This document shows positions 1 to 10,343 of a stretch of DNA of 56,466 bases, in pieces (within the stretch, counting starts at the first letter, position 1; the number at the start of each line of letters is the position of its first letter). The notes under the pieces are model-generated. The model searched no databases. It was not told the origin of the DNA and saw only the letters and a list, made by a program, of their open reading frames with translations. The DNA comes from an uncultured Eubacteriales bacterium (GTDB lineage Bacteria > Bacillota > Clostridia > Oscillospirales > RGIG7773): the NCBI GenBank assembly GCA_934541205.1, contig CAKTDK010000001.1:1-56466 (forward strand). The letters run 5' to 3'. Both the position numbers and the translations under genes were made by a program.

Positions 1-3000
1 CTGCTGCTGGTTTGATTGTTATATTCGTTCCTTCAATTACTGCTGATGCTATGCTGTCGTCTGCTTCTACTGTTACTTCTCCGATCGGCTCCCCGCTAGG
101 TTCGTCTGTTGGCTCATCTGTTGGTTCGTCTGTTGGCTCATCTGTTGGTTCGTCTGTTGGTTCTTGAGAATCGTCTATAACTGTTATGCTGTATTTAGAA
201 GAAATTCCGTTTGCAGTTTCAGCAATTATATCTGCTGTACCTTTTGAAAGGGCGGTTACCAAACCGTTTGCATCAACTGTAATAATTTTGCTGTCGGAAC
301 TTTTCCATTTTACGCTCTTATCTGAAGCTGTGTCAGGAATAACTTTTGCATTAAGCTGTAAAGTTTCTCCTACTTTAATTTCAGATTTTTCACCTGTAAC
401 TATAATACCGCTTTCAAGTCCTACAGCTGCAACATAAATATCTATTTTCTCTTGTAAGTCATTATACAGCAAGTCTAATCTTGCCTGATATATTGAATCT
501 TGATTCATATAACTTTTTAAAGCGCCCGCTGCATCATTAACATCCATACGTTTTTTTGTTTCTTCGGAAATTTTTTCTCCGGCTGCAACTATTTTTTCAG
601 CTGCGTCAAGAATATTTTCATAAAGAGTTTTATCGTAGCCGTATACTTCAAATTCAGTGATATATCCGCTGAAAGAAACATGATTTATATCAGTGTCTAA
701 AAGTTCCTTCTGAACATATTTAATATATCTTGCATCAATGGGATCAAATTTTATAACATCCATTGTAAGACTTCCCGGCTGACCGTTTGTAAGAGAATAT
801 ATTTTTGTCCAATCGTTATCCGCGCCGGTAGTTGATACATATATATCATAGGATTTCAGATGATTATAGAATTCAATATTAATCTGATTAATATTATGAA
901 TTTCTCCCAAATCCATAATAAGCCACTGATCTCCTTCGTTTCTTGCAAGAGACATAGAACTTGAATATTTTTGTTTAATACCGTCTGTTATAAATTTCGG
1001 AACTAATGTGCCGTCGTTTGTTAAAAGCTTTGATACGGTAATATTTCTGTTTCCAAGAGCAAGATTTTTATTTGCACGAAGGTCGTTTTCTTTTAATTCT
1101 TTTTGACTTATACGTAAATTGTCTATCATACCGTCTACTTTGTTAAACATAGTTTCACAAGGCAGAACAGATGTGGTTGAGTCATTACGCGGAGAGGATA
1201 CTGCCTGTTCCGCAGTATAGACATAAGAATCATTTACTACAAGGATGGTATCTTTTGCGTTTGATGAAATTTTTATATTAATCCATTGTTTTAATGGAAT
1301 TTTGTAATTAAATACAAAGGTATATCCGTCACGAGTAAATGCAACCTTTCCTTTGCCGTCATAGTTTATATAGAAATTACATTCGTCTCCTGAGAATAAC
1401 GTTGCGTTTTTATCATTTTTTGTATCAAGTTTTACATCAAATTCTATAGTATACGGGAAACCTACCTTGTCAAAAGGCAAAGTAATTGAACTTGTTCCGC
1501 TTAGATCAAGAACTTTATTTCCGTTATCGTCAGTTATAGTTCCGTTTGTTATTTGTGCGTCTCTTTTGTTTCCGGATTTATCGTAAGCTACTGTATTTGA
1601 ATCGTCTTCAAAATCATAGTATGCAATATCTTCACCGGAAGGCTCAAAATATACAGCCGGATTTCCGCCGGGGGCATACTGACCGAGTTTTTCAACTCTG
1701 TCAAGGAAATTTTCAGTTGTCTGACCTTCAGATGCTTCGCCGTGCCAAGTCTTTTCAGCCATTATAGCAACGCCGTTTCTGAATCTTCCGAATATATCAT
1801 ATTTGGAGAATCCGCCGCCGTCTTTATGAAGGTCGTTCCACAAAGCGAAATTTCCGCCGATTGTCTGAGGATGACCTAAAAGAGCTTTTTCGGTACCGTT
1901 TAAAGTAAAATAGTTTACTTCCCAGTGTTCATAAAGGGCTTCCAAATCAAGATAGTTTGCAAAAGCATAGTTTCCGGCAGGAACTGTATAAAGGATAGGT
2001 CCGCAGGTATTTACTATATCGTATCCCATTTCATAAAGGACTCTCCAGTCGGAAAGGTCAACCGCCCAGTAGTTTGCCTGAGCGTCGCCGGTTACTTTTG
2101 TGTAGCCGTTAAAGCCTTGTTTTCCGAAAGAACCCCAGAATCTTGCTTCATATCCGCGGCTTTTAACATGATTTATAAGACTGTTTATCCATACGCGCAT
2201 TTCTTCATTATACTTATGTGGATATTCGTCGCATCCTATATGTACAATTTTGTTTATAAATACAGGATCGTCGCCGGTTATGTATTCGTCAAAAAGATCT
2301 TTAACAAATTCAAGAGATTTTGGATTTCTGATATTTAAGTTCCAATCGTTAATCATAGGAGGAGGATTATCGATTTGTCCGAAACATCCTGAATGGGCGG
2401 GAGTATCGATTTCTGTAATTACAGTCAAACCGTAATCAAGCATTTCTTTTTGATAATTGCGGTATTCTTCTTTAGTGTAATGTTCGCCCGGAGTACTAAG
2501 TCCCGGAATATCACTTTCCAAACGGAAATAATGATATACGTTTGCAGATTCATTTATATGAACATGAATTTCATTTAATTTGTACCATGCCATATATTTT
2601 GTCATTTCTTTAAGATAATCCATCGGTATCCAAGCTCTTGCCGCGTCAAGCATGCCGCCTCTTGTTTCATATTTTGGATAGTCTCTGGCAAGACCTTTGG
2701 GAAGTTTAAGATCATCTTTTGTCTGATAAAGAATCTGTGTGATTGATATACCGCCGTAAAGAATACCTGTAAGTTCAGGAGCCTGAACGGTAGCATAATC
2801 TTCAATATTTAAATAATAGCCTTCTTTTCCAAGCTCGGATACGTTTTTATCCATAACAAGATAAATATCTCCGGCAGAAGGAGCACCTTTTTTAATGCTT
2901 ATATCAAAATTAAGCATTGTTTTGAAATATTCCTGTATCTGCTCAGCTTTGGGAAGAAGTGTATCATATTGATCTTCTTTAAGCACTATTGCGCTTGAAG

Positions 3001-3964
3001 AAGTAATATTCATATATCCTTGAGCGCCTTTCCACTCACGAAGAGATGGAAGAACATCAGGCATTTCGTTATCATTCGCTTCTTTTTTATATTTTCCCGG
3101 AATTTTAACTTCAAAATTAAAGTCACCGCCGCCTTGTACAAATTCCGGAGTTGCGATACTCTGAATTTGATACATTACGCTTACGGTTGTATCGTTAAGA
3201 GGTTCGTAAATATTTCCGTCAAGATCGATAACCTGCTGATTATCAGAACCGTATAAAGAAACTTTAAAGCCTTCAAGTTCAGGAAGGATAAGTTTTTTTC
3301 CGTCAGCCGAAATTGTGGGTGCCTTATCTTTTAAAGCGCTTACAAAATCGGGAACTTCTGGTTCTTCCTGAGTAGGAATTTCTATTTCATTATATTCTGA
3401 AGTAGGAATAACAGGATCTGTAACATCAGGTTTTGCATAAACTTCTATTTCAAAAATAGAAATATTCGGCATTGCCCCGTAAGAAGCATAGTTTCCTTCA
3501 TAGGCTTTTATTCTTATGTATCTTGTAGTAACAGTTTCCGGAATAGCTATTTTTTGAGTAAATTCCACTACTTCCTGCGTGGGATTGCATATTTGTTTTA
3601 AAACTTTCCAGTTTTCACCGTCGTCGCTTATTTCAACATTATAATCACGGGAGTTTGCAAGCTGCCATGAAATATTGATCTGACCGACTACAGTAGGCTT
3701 TTCCAAATCCACTGAGATCCATACGATATCGCTTAAAATATCTTTGTTTGAGGACCATCTGGTGTTCATATTTCCGTCTACAGCGGAGGGACTTTCAAAA
3801 TTGTAGCCTTCAAGCTCTATTCCGGAGCAATCTGTGGGCTTATTTAAAGCCAGATTGGGATTTTCATCCTCAAGTCCGAAAACGGCAAAAGGCATAGCAG
3901 AACCCATTACTGTAAATATCATTATTGCAGACATTAACAGCGCAAGAATTCGTTTTAACTTCAT
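1..3964 (-). CDS. Secreted multidomain GH20 beta-N-acetylhexosaminidase; C-terminus runs off the window
   Basis: Absent from the ORF track because there is no stop in the window. Manual reverse translation starts at the ATG (complement 3962-3964) with an AAAGGAAG RBS upstream. It gives signal peptide MKLKRILALLMSAIMIFTVMGSAMPFAVFG and a discoidin-like segment (AVDGNMNTRWSS). GH20 core motifs are present: ITEIDTPAHSGCFGQ and VHIGCDEY. A Big_2-like segment (VGETLQLNAKVIPDTASDKSVKWKSSD) and a PTDE linker follow. The segments I translated are stop-free down to base 1. Confidence 0.85.
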   Translation of the reverse strand, partial: MKLKRILALLMSAIMIFTVMGSAMPFAVFGLEDENPNLALNKPTDCSGIELEGYNFESPSAVDGNMNTRWSSNKDILSDIVWISVDLEKPTVVGQINISWQLANSRDYNVEISDDGENWKVLKQICNPTQEVVEFTQKIAIPETVTTRYIRIKAYEGNYASYGAMPNISIFEIEVYAKPDVTDPVIPTSEYNEIEIPTQEEPEVPDFVSALKDKAPTISADGKKLILPELEGFKVSLYGSDNQQVIDLDGNIYEPLNDTTVSVMYQIQSIATPEFVQGGGDFNFEVKIPGKYKKEANDNEMPDVLPSLREWKGAQGYMNITSSSAIVLKEDQYDTLLPKAEQIQEYFKTMLNFDISIKKGAPSAGDIYLVMDKNVSELGKEGYYLNIEDYATVQAPELTGILYGGISITQILYQTKDDLKLPKGLARDYPKYETRGGMLDAARAWIPMDYLKEMTKYMAWYKLNEIHVHINESANVYHYFRLESDIPGLSTPGEHYTKEEYRNYQKEMLDYGLTVITEIDTPAHSGCFGQIDNPPPMINDWNLNIRNPKSLEFVKDLFDEYITGDDPVFINKIVHIGCDEYPHKYNEEMRVWINSLINHVKSRGYEARFWGSFGKQGFNGYTKVTGDAQANYWAVDLSDWRVLYEMGYDIVNTCGPILYTVPAGNYAFANYLDLEALYEHWEVNYFTLNGTEKALLGHPQTIGGNFALWNDLHKDGGGFSKYDIFGRFRNGVAIMAEKTWHGEASEGQTTENFLDRVEKLGQYAPGGNPAVYFEPSGEDIAYYDFEDDSNTVAYDKSGNKRDAQITNGTITDDNGNKVLDLSGTSSITLPFDKVGFPYTIEFDVKLDTKNDKNATLFSGDECNFYINYDGKGKVAFTRDGYTFVFNYKIPLKQWINIKISSNAKDTILVVNDSYVYTAEQAVSSPRNDSTTSVLPCETMFNKVDGMIDNLRISQKELKENDLRANKNLALGNRNITVSKLLTNDGTLVPKFITDGIKQKYSSSMSLARNEGDQWLIMDLGEIHNINQINIEFYNHLKSYDIYVSTTGADNDWTKIYSLTNGQPGSLTMDVIKFDPIDARYIKYVQKELLDTDINHVSFSGYITEFEVYGYDKTLYENILDAAEKIVAAGEKISEETKKRMDVNDAAGALKSYMNQDSIYQARLDLLYNDLQEKIDIYVAAVGLESGIIVTGEKSEIKVGETLQLNAKVIPDTASDKSVKWKSSDSKIITVDANGLVTALSKGTADIIAETANGISSKYSITVIDDSQEPTDEPTDEPTDEPTDEPTDEPSGEPIGEVTVEADDSIASAVIEGTNITIKPAA
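102..161. repeat. Five tandem 12-bp units (tcRtctgttggY) encoding a (PTDE)n linker inside the GH20 gene
   Basis: Direct reading: tcgtctgttggc tcatctgttggt tcgtctgttggc tcatctgttggt tcgtctgttggt. On the coding (minus) strand this is in frame. Confidence 0.8.
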
Positions 3965-4232
3965 AATAATCTTCCTTTCATTTTTTTGTCTTTAACAATA
4001 ATTTACATTTTAATATGCTTATTTTTACTCACATTATTAAAAAGTAAAAAATTGATATAAAAACCATTCATATATACTAATATACCTTAGATTTAACTTT
4101 ATTACAACAATTTTTAAAATAAAATGTTATACAAAATTAACAAGATTATTTTGTGCATTATAACTATAATTAACATTAGTTTATAAAAAATTTACCATTT
4201 TTTTAGATTGTTATGTAAACTAATTTTGAAGT

Positions 4233-4271
4233 ATAAAAACGCAGAAGATAAAATTTTTTTATCTTCTGCGT
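4233..4271 (-). terminator. Rho-independent terminator after feoB
   Basis: 11-bp stem acgcagaagat / atcttctgcgt, followed by a T-run on the minus strand, 9 nt after the feoB stop. Confidence 0.7.
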
Positions 4272-4279
4272 ATAAATTT

Positions 4280-6406
4280 TTAAAATATTAATGATAAAAG
4301 ACGGGCGCTGTTTGCAAAAACAAAACATACTATAATTCCGATAACGGTAGGAACGGCGAAGGAGACAAAGGTCCATTTCCAGCTTTGAGTTTCTTTTTTT
4401 ATTGTCAGACATGATGTGGAACAGGGCCAGTGCATAAGTGAAAACAGCATTGTTGATATTGCGGTAATCCAGGTCCAGCCGTTTGCCACAAGAAGATTTT
4501 TAAGCTCAAAAAGATTTTCCATTTCTATTAAAGTGCCTTCGCTCAGATAAGCCATAATAATTATTGGAATAACTATTTCATTTGCCGGAAAGCCTAAAAT
4601 AAATGCAAGAATTATTGTTCCGTCCATACCTAAAAGTTTTCCAAAGGGATCTAAAAATGACGATACATGATTTAAAAGAGATATATCACCGATATCTATA
4701 TTGGCCATAAGCCATATTATAAGCCCGGCAGGAGCAGCAACACATACAGCCCTTCCAAGTACATATATGGTTCTGTCCAAAATAGAGCGTACAATTACCT
4801 TTCCTATCTGAGGTCTTCTGTAGGGAGGAAGTTCAAGAGCAAAAGAGGAGGGAACTCCTTTCAACAATGTTTTGGAAAGCCATTTTGATACCCAAAAAGT
4901 CATCATTACTCCTAAAAGTATAATACCTGTCAGCATTACCGGAGCCATAATACTGTTAAGAGGGAAAATAAACATTCCGGTAAAAAACATTGTAATTATT
5001 GCAATCAGAGTAGGAAATCTGCCGTTGCAGGGAACAAAATTATTGGTAATAATGGCAATAAGCCTTTCTCTCGGAGAATCAATAATACGGCATCCTACAA
5101 TACCGGCTGCATTGCAGCCAAGGCCCATGCACATTGTAAGGCTTTGTTTGCCGCAGGCGTTTGCTTTTTTGAATTTGTTGTCAAGATTAAACGCTACCCG
5201 AGGAAGATATCCGAAATCTTCAAGCAGAGTAAAAAGAGGAAAAAATATTGCCATAGGAGGCAGCATAACGGAAACCACCCATGCTACAACTCTGTAAACT
5301 CCCAAAACCAGTACCCCGGTAATAAAATCAGGGGCGTTTATAAATTCAAAAAATTCCACAAGCTTATCTTGAATATAAAAGAGTCCCTGAGATAAAAGCT
5401 GAGAGGGGTAGTTGGCGCCTTGTATAGTCAGATAAAAAATTCCTGTTAAAAGCAAAAGCATTATAGGAATTCCTGTTTTTTTTGAAGTAAGGATTTTATC
5501 AAGCTTTCTGTCTCTTTCATTGTAGTTTATTTTATTGAAAAATACACACTCATTGCAGATTGCTTCGCTGTTCATTACAATACATGATACAATCATTTCT
5601 CTAAGCTTTGATTTTTCTATGTTATTTTCTTTTAGAAAATCTTCGGCAAGTTTTTTTGATTTTGATATTTCTTCATTGTCAAGAAGGCTATAGCCCAAAA
5701 ATTTTGTCATGGCATCAAAAAGCTTTTCATCAAAATCCAAAAGTCTCAGCGTTACCCATCTTGAATCGAGGGAATCTTTCAATACGTTTTTTACGGCAGG
5801 TTCAAGTATAGAAACAGCATCTTCTATAACTTTTGTATATTTTACTTTAAAAGGAAAGGAGGATTGTTTTTTAGACGAAGCTTCTTCTATTTTATTTAAT
5901 AAATTTACAAGACTTTTTTTCTTTCTTGCCTGAGTAAATACTACGGGAATTTTTAAAAGCTCTTCAAGTTTTTCCTTGTCTATAGTTATGTTTTTTTTCT
6001 TGACTTCATCAATAAGATTTATACATAATACGGCGTTTTTGGTAATTTCCATTGTTTGAAGAACAAGATTTAAATTTCTTTCAAGACAGGTTCCGTCGCA
6101 TACTACAACGGTACAGTCGCTTTTTGAAAAACAAATAAAATCTCTTGCGCATTCTTCTTCAGCAGAATGAGCCATAAGAGAATATGTACCGGGCAAATCC
6201 ACTACGGTATAATTAATGCCGTTATGACTGTATCTGCCCTGAGCGTTTGTTACGGTTTTTCCCGGCCAGTTTCCCGTGTGCTGATGAAGACCGGTAATAC
6301 CATTAAAAACAGTGCTTTTTCCTACGTTTGGATTTCCTGCAAGAGCGATTACTTTATCTGTGGTTTTTTCTTTTAAAATAAAGCTGTCAAATTCAAGTTT
6401 TTCCAT
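4280..6406 (-). CDS. feoB: Ferrous iron transporter FeoB
   Basis: 708 aa. N-terminal G-domain GNPNVGKST and DLPGTYSL, followed by a polytopic membrane domain. It sits downstream of feoA. Confidence 0.95.
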   Translation of the reverse strand: MEKLEFDSFILKEKTTDKVIALAGNPNVGKSTVFNGITGLHQHTGNWPGKTVTNAQGRYSHNGINYTVVDLPGTYSLMAHSAEEECARDFICFSKSDCTVVVCDGTCLERNLNLVLQTMEITKNAVLCINLIDEVKKKNITIDKEKLEELLKIPVVFTQARKKKSLVNLLNKIEEASSKKQSSFPFKVKYTKVIEDAVSILEPAVKNVLKDSLDSRWVTLRLLDFDEKLFDAMTKFLGYSLLDNEEISKSKKLAEDFLKENNIEKSKLREMIVSCIVMNSEAICNECVFFNKINYNERDRKLDKILTSKKTGIPIMLLLLTGIFYLTIQGANYPSQLLSQGLFYIQDKLVEFFEFINAPDFITGVLVLGVYRVVAWVVSVMLPPMAIFFPLFTLLEDFGYLPRVAFNLDNKFKKANACGKQSLTMCMGLGCNAAGIVGCRIIDSPRERLIAIITNNFVPCNGRFPTLIAIITMFFTGMFIFPLNSIMAPVMLTGIILLGVMMTFWVSKWLSKTLLKGVPSSFALELPPYRRPQIGKVIVRSILDRTIYVLGRAVCVAAPAGLIIWLMANIDIGDISLLNHVSSFLDPFGKLLGMDGTIILAFILGFPANEIVIPIIIMAYLSEGTLIEMENLFELKNLLVANGWTWITAISTMLFSLMHWPCSTSCLTIKKETQSWKWTFVSFAVPTVIGIIVCFVFANSARLLSLIF

Positions 6407-6431
6407 AGATTTTTCCTTTCTTTCACAGATA

Positions 6432-6677
6432 TTAATTAAATGCTATTTTTATTTTCGAAGAGTCTTCGCTTCGAAGTGCGATTACAGTGCCTCGTATAAG
6501 ATAGGCTACAGGATCTCCGAAAGGACTTTTCTGAAGGCATTTTACTTTTGTGTTTTTAATAAGACCCATATCATGAAGCCTTCTTTTTGTATTAAGACTT
6601 GCATTAACTTCAGAAACAATACAGCTTTGACCTTCTTTTAAAGTATTTAATGATTTATTTGACATAAAATTATTCAC
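6432..6677 (-). CDS. feoA: FeoA family iron transport protein
   Basis: 81 aa SH3-like FeoA pattern (RRLHDMGLIKNTKVKCLQKSPFGDPVAYLIRGTVIALR), immediately upstream of feoB. Confidence 0.85.
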   Translation of the reverse strand: MNNFMSNKSLNTLKEGQSCIVSEVNASLNTKRRLHDMGLIKNTKVKCLQKSPFGDPVAYLIRGTVIALRSEDSSKIKIAFN

Positions 6678-6774
6678 CCTTTAATAAAATTAGTATAAGG
6701 AAACTATCTTTCCTAAAACCATAATATTCAAAAATCTGCCGTATGGTTACAAAAATATATTTGGAGATGATAAA

Positions 6775-7194
6775 ATGGAGGAAAAATTTTATACGTTAAA
6801 AGGATATAATATGAAAAAAGAAACAAATCTTACAAATTCCATGGAAGATTATTTAGAAATGATTTGCCGTCTTATGGATGATAAAAGATATATAAGAGTT
6901 AATTCTCTTGCGGAAAAACTTAATGTAAAACCTTCTTCAGCATCAAAGATGGTGTTGAAATTAAAAGAGCGGGGGTATGTATATTTTGAAAAATACGGAG
7001 TTGTAATGCTTACCGAAAAAGGCAGAGAACAAGGTAAATATCTTTTATACCGTCATGATATTCTTCATAAGTTTTTTTGTCTTGTGAATAAGTCTGAAAA
7101 TGAGCTTGAACAAGTTGAGCAAATAGAACACTTTATAAATCGGGACACAATAGAAAATATAGAAAGATTTATGGAAAGTTATAGTGAACAATAA
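6775..7194 (+). CDS. DtxR/IdeR-family metal-dependent transcriptional regulator
   Basis: 139 aa containing SMEDYLEMICRL...LAEKLNVKPSSASKMVLKLKERGYV, a DtxR-type HTH. Divergent from feoAB. RBS GGAGA lies 7 nt upstream. Confidence 0.8.
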   Translation: MEEKFYTLKGYNMKKETNLTNSMEDYLEMICRLMDDKRYIRVNSLAEKLNVKPSSASKMVLKLKERGYVYFEKYGVVMLTEKGREQGKYLLYRHDILHKFFCLVNKSENELEQVEQIEHFINRDTIENIERFMESYSEQ

Positions 7195-7197
7195 AAA

Positions 7198-7230
7198 AAT
7201 TCTTCTGCAATATTGCAGAAGAATTTTTTT
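7198..7230 (+). terminator. Rho-independent terminator
   Basis: Stem aattcttctgcaa / ttgcagaagaatt followed by T7. Confidence 0.7.
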
Positions 7231-7355
7231 ATGTGAAAGTTTTTTGTATTAAATCGGATGATGTTATAACAGGTTTTCAATAATTATATTATGGGATAAA
7301 TTAATTTAATAAGGTTTGTCATAAAGAATATGCTTAATATGATATCAGTAAAAGT

Positions 7356-8510
7356 TTATTTGTCATTTGTTATATATTGTTTTACGGCAAATACAAATTG
7401 GTCGGCTTCTCTTACAGTGTTGAAAGGACCGAAGCTTACCCGTATAGTTCCCTCGGGAAGGGTTCCGATTTTTTTATGAGCAAGGGGTGAGCAATGAAGT
7501 CCGCTTCTAACACATATATTTTTTGAATCTAAAAAGCCTGATACATCGGAAGGATGAGAGCCTTTTATATTAAAACTTAAAACTCCGACATAATCTTCTT
7601 TTGGAAAAGGAGTATATAATATAATCTTGTCAGAAATATTTGAAAGAGAATTATATACTCTTTGACACAAAGACAACTCATATAAACCTATTTTTTCTAT
7701 AGTTTGATTTTTTATATATTCTATACCGCTGTTAATGCTTAAAATTCCGGGAACATTTAAGGTTCCGGCTTCACACCTGTCAGGTAAAAAAGGCGGCATT
7801 TCCCTGTCCATGGAGCTTCCTCCGGTACCGCCTTCCACAAGAGTATCTATTTTAAGCTTGTCATTATTGACAATCATTACACCGGTTCCCATAAGAGACA
7901 ATAATCCTTTATGAGGTGAAAAACAAAGTACATCTATATTGCATTTATTCATGTTTATATCTAATTTTCCAACGCTTTGACAGGCATCTACAATAAACAG
8001 ACATTTGTACTTTTTACATATTTGACCCATTTCAAATATAGGAAGAATTCTGCCTATAACATTTGAAGCATGAAGTGTTATAACTACGTCAATATCATTT
8101 TTTATTTGATTTTCAAAGTTTTTTATAGTTGCTTCATTATCGTTAAGGTCGGTTTCAAATGTAAAAAGTTCTATGCCTATTTTTTGTTTTAATTTCATTA
8201 AAGGCCTGTATACCGCATTATGTTCCAAATCCGATATTAAAACACGCTGTCCGGGTTTTATAACCCCTTTTATAACAGTATTCAGTAAATATGTGGCGTT
8301 TAAAGAAAATACTACGTTTTCTTCGTTTTCTATATGAAATAAATCTGCAAGATTTTTTCTTGTTCGATATAGCATTTCTGTGGACTTCAAGGCAAATTTA
8401 TAAGCGCTGCGTCCGGGGTTTGCTCCGTATTCTGTTATACCTTTTGACATAAATACTGGAAGATTTGCAGGCTTTGGCCATGAAGTTGCACCATTGTCAA
8501 GATATATCAT
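7356..8510 (-). CDS. Cysteine desulfurase family protein (class V aminotransferase fold)
   Basis: MIYLDNGATSWPKP start typical of the family, and SPHKGL with the PLP lysine. The track ORF extends to a GTG at 8525 that has no RBS. I prefer the ATG at 8510, although its SD spacing is short. Confidence 0.8.
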   Translation of the reverse strand: MIYLDNGATSWPKPANLPVFMSKGITEYGANPGRSAYKFALKSTEMLYRTRKNLADLFHIENEENVVFSLNATYLLNTVIKGVIKPGQRVLISDLEHNAVYRPLMKLKQKIGIELFTFETDLNDNEATIKNFENQIKNDIDVVITLHASNVIGRILPIFEMGQICKKYKCLFIVDACQSVGKLDINMNKCNIDVLCFSPHKGLLSLMGTGVMIVNNDKLKIDTLVEGGTGGSSMDREMPPFLPDRCEAGTLNVPGILSINSGIEYIKNQTIEKIGLYELSLCQRVYNSLSNISDKIILYTPFPKEDYVGVLSFNIKGSHPSDVSGFLDSKNICVRSGLHCSPLAHKKIGTLPEGTIRVSFGPFNTVREADQFVFAVKQYITNDK

Positions 8511-8543
8511 TTTCTCCCTTCTCACTTTTGTTTTTATAAGTTT

Positions 8544-8738
8544 TTAAATAAAGTCGACATTATTTATTCTTAAAATATTTGTTATTTCTCTTCTTTTATT
8601 AGAGGGAACGGCAATACAAAATCCGCATCCTTGGTCGGTATGACATTTAATTACGTTTACGTTTGTATATGAGTTCATCTCTAAAATCTTTTTTGCCTTC
8701 AAGGCATGATTCATTGAAAGAAATGTAATTTGTTCCAT
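8544..8738 (-). CDS. DUF3343-like small putative S/Se carrier protein
   Basis: 64 aa. N-terminus FLSMNHALKAKKILE and a CGFC motif. Sits upstream of the desulfurase on the same strand. The family assignment is from memory. Confidence 0.55.
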   Translation of the reverse strand: MEQITFLSMNHALKAKKILEMNSYTNVNVIKCHTDQGCGFCIAVPSNKRREITNILRINNVDFI

Positions 8739-8802
8739 ACATTAATACCTCAAAAAAATTATTTCTTTTTATTCTATGCCGTAATATTTTTTCTGTTACA
8801 TA

Positions 8803-8840
8803 ATAAAAAAGTAATGAAAATAAATTTTATTTTCATTACT
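8803..8840 (-). terminator. Rho-independent terminator after the kinase gene
   Basis: Stem agtaatgaaaat / attttcattact with a T-run on the minus strand. Confidence 0.65.
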
Positions 8841-8847
8841 TTTATTT

Positions 8848-9807
8848 TTATAATAATATTTTATCTGCAAAGTTTATTCGTTCTTTAATCCAGTTATCGC
8901 TTAAAAAATCATTTATTCTTTTACTGCTTACATAATCGGGGAAATCGTCAATAAATTCGCAAATATAATGAAAAAACATATAATAACAAAAAAATGCCAG
9001 CCGTTCCGGCAAAATTGTATAATTGATATTGTTTTGTTTAAGGGTTTTATTAAATAACTTTGTTGCCCAGTCATGACAGCACATAACCCATGCGTCGCGT
9101 TCAATAGGAGCGTACATAACTTCATCCCAGTCAATGATATAGTTTTTATTATTTCCGACAAAAAAATTCCCCCCTGCATCTCCATGAGTAATATAAAAGT
9201 TCGGTTTATTTTTATCGCATATCACAGATATTTTGGACAGTTGTAAAGCACAGTGCGATAAAAGGCTACTGTGATTTTCAAAAATCGAGTTAATTTCTTG
9301 TATTTGTTCATTTGGAAAAGCATTTTTGAGCTTTTCTCGTTTTTTATAAAATTTATTTGCTATGCTGTCAGAAAATTCAATTCTAGGAATATTAAAACCT
9401 TCTTTTGTTAATGAATATATTTGGCATAACATTTGATATTCAAAAATTTTAGTATCGTCTGTTTCTATATTTTGACCTTGAATCCATTCAAATACGCATA
9501 AAATGGCTGAATTAAAGATTGAATAAAGCTTTCCGTTTTGAGTTTTGATAATTTTATTAATAAAGTCTACACCGTTATTATATAAATAGTCAATGACCGT
9601 CAAACTGTTTTGAAACAGTGTCTGGTGGCGAGTTACATAATCTAATTTAATAAAATAAAGACCGTTTTTTGCTTTAAGTTTCCATGTTTCTCCATAATAT
9701 CCACGCTCAGCCGGCGAAATATCGATAGCTTTGATAAAATATTTTTCATAAATGAAATTTTTAAGACAAGTTATATATTCATTATCATGGTAAGTATTTC
9801 CTCTCAT
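8848..9807 (-). CDS. Phosphotransferase enzyme family protein (APH/choline-kinase fold)
   Basis: 319 aa with the catalytic-loop-like ITHGDAGGNFF and IIDWDEVMYAPIERDAW motifs. Confidence 0.75.
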   Translation of the reverse strand: MRGNTYHDNEYITCLKNFIYEKYFIKAIDISPAERGYYGETWKLKAKNGLYFIKLDYVTRHQTLFQNSLTVIDYLYNNGVDFINKIIKTQNGKLYSIFNSAILCVFEWIQGQNIETDDTKIFEYQMLCQIYSLTKEGFNIPRIEFSDSIANKFYKKREKLKNAFPNEQIQEINSIFENHSSLLSHCALQLSKISVICDKNKPNFYITHGDAGGNFFVGNNKNYIIDWDEVMYAPIERDAWVMCCHDWATKLFNKTLKQNNINYTILPERLAFFCYYMFFHYICEFIDDFPDYVSSKRINDFLSDNWIKERINFADKILL

Positions 9808-9908
9808 AATTCATTCTCCTTTAAATATGAAAAATTTCTATAATTTTATCGTAAAAATATTTATAAATCAATAGTTTTTACAATGGTATTTTTTTATTAA
9901 ATCAGCTC

Positions 9909-9956
9909 TTTACAAAATAATATAAAAATACTATAATTATTTAGCTAAACTAAATA
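9909..9956 (+). promoter_or_regulatory. Putative sigma-A promoter plus palindromic operator upstream of padR
   Basis: TTTACA (9909-9914), 17 nt, TATAAT (9932-9937). The inverted repeat TATTTAG-ctaaa-CTAAATA (9938-9956) follows directly. Confidence 0.45.
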
Positions 9957-9997
9957 GTTATATAAAATATTGGGATTATTGTGAAAGAGGGAAAAAC

Positions 9998-10327
9998 GTG
10001 GATAATTTGAAAGTACAGCAGTTAAAAAAAGGGACATTAGAGATGATTTTATTATCTTTGATTGAAAATTATAATTGTTCGTATGGATACGCTATACTGA
10101 ATGCTTTAGATCAAATGGGAGAGGATTGCTTTAGAAATCCGAAGGCCGGTACGGTGTACCCTGTATTATACAGACTTGAAGCTCAGAATTTAATAAAAGC
10201 GGTTGATGAGCAAACAGATTTATCGACTAAAAGAAAATATGAATTAACCCCTCAAGGGAAAAAAGCTCTTAAAAATATGATTGAAAATTGGAAGCACTAT
10301 ATTTCGGTTGTAAATAAATTTATATAG
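9998..10327 (+). CDS. PadR family transcriptional regulator
   Basis: 109 aa with YGYAILNAL...GTVYPVLYRLEAQNLI, a PadR wHTH. GTG start. Confidence 0.9.
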   Translation: MDNLKVQQLKKGTLEMILLSLIENYNCSYGYAILNALDQMGEDCFRNPKAGTVYPVLYRLEAQNLIKAVDEQTDLSTKRKYELTPQGKKALKNMIENWKHYISVVNKFI

Positions 10328-10343
10328 GAAAGAGGTTTTTGTT

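Noticed and set aside
186-3256. Seven plus-strand track ORFs (61-137 aa) across the first 3.3 kb
   Set aside because: They are antisense shadows of the long open minus-strand GH20 frame. They have low-complexity or odd composition, no RBS and no recognisable motifs.
4872-6641. Plus-strand ORFs inside and around feoB/feoA, and the minus ORF 4203-4412
   Set aside because: They overlap well-supported feoB/feoA on the opposite strand or in another frame, or span the terminator. They have no coding signals.
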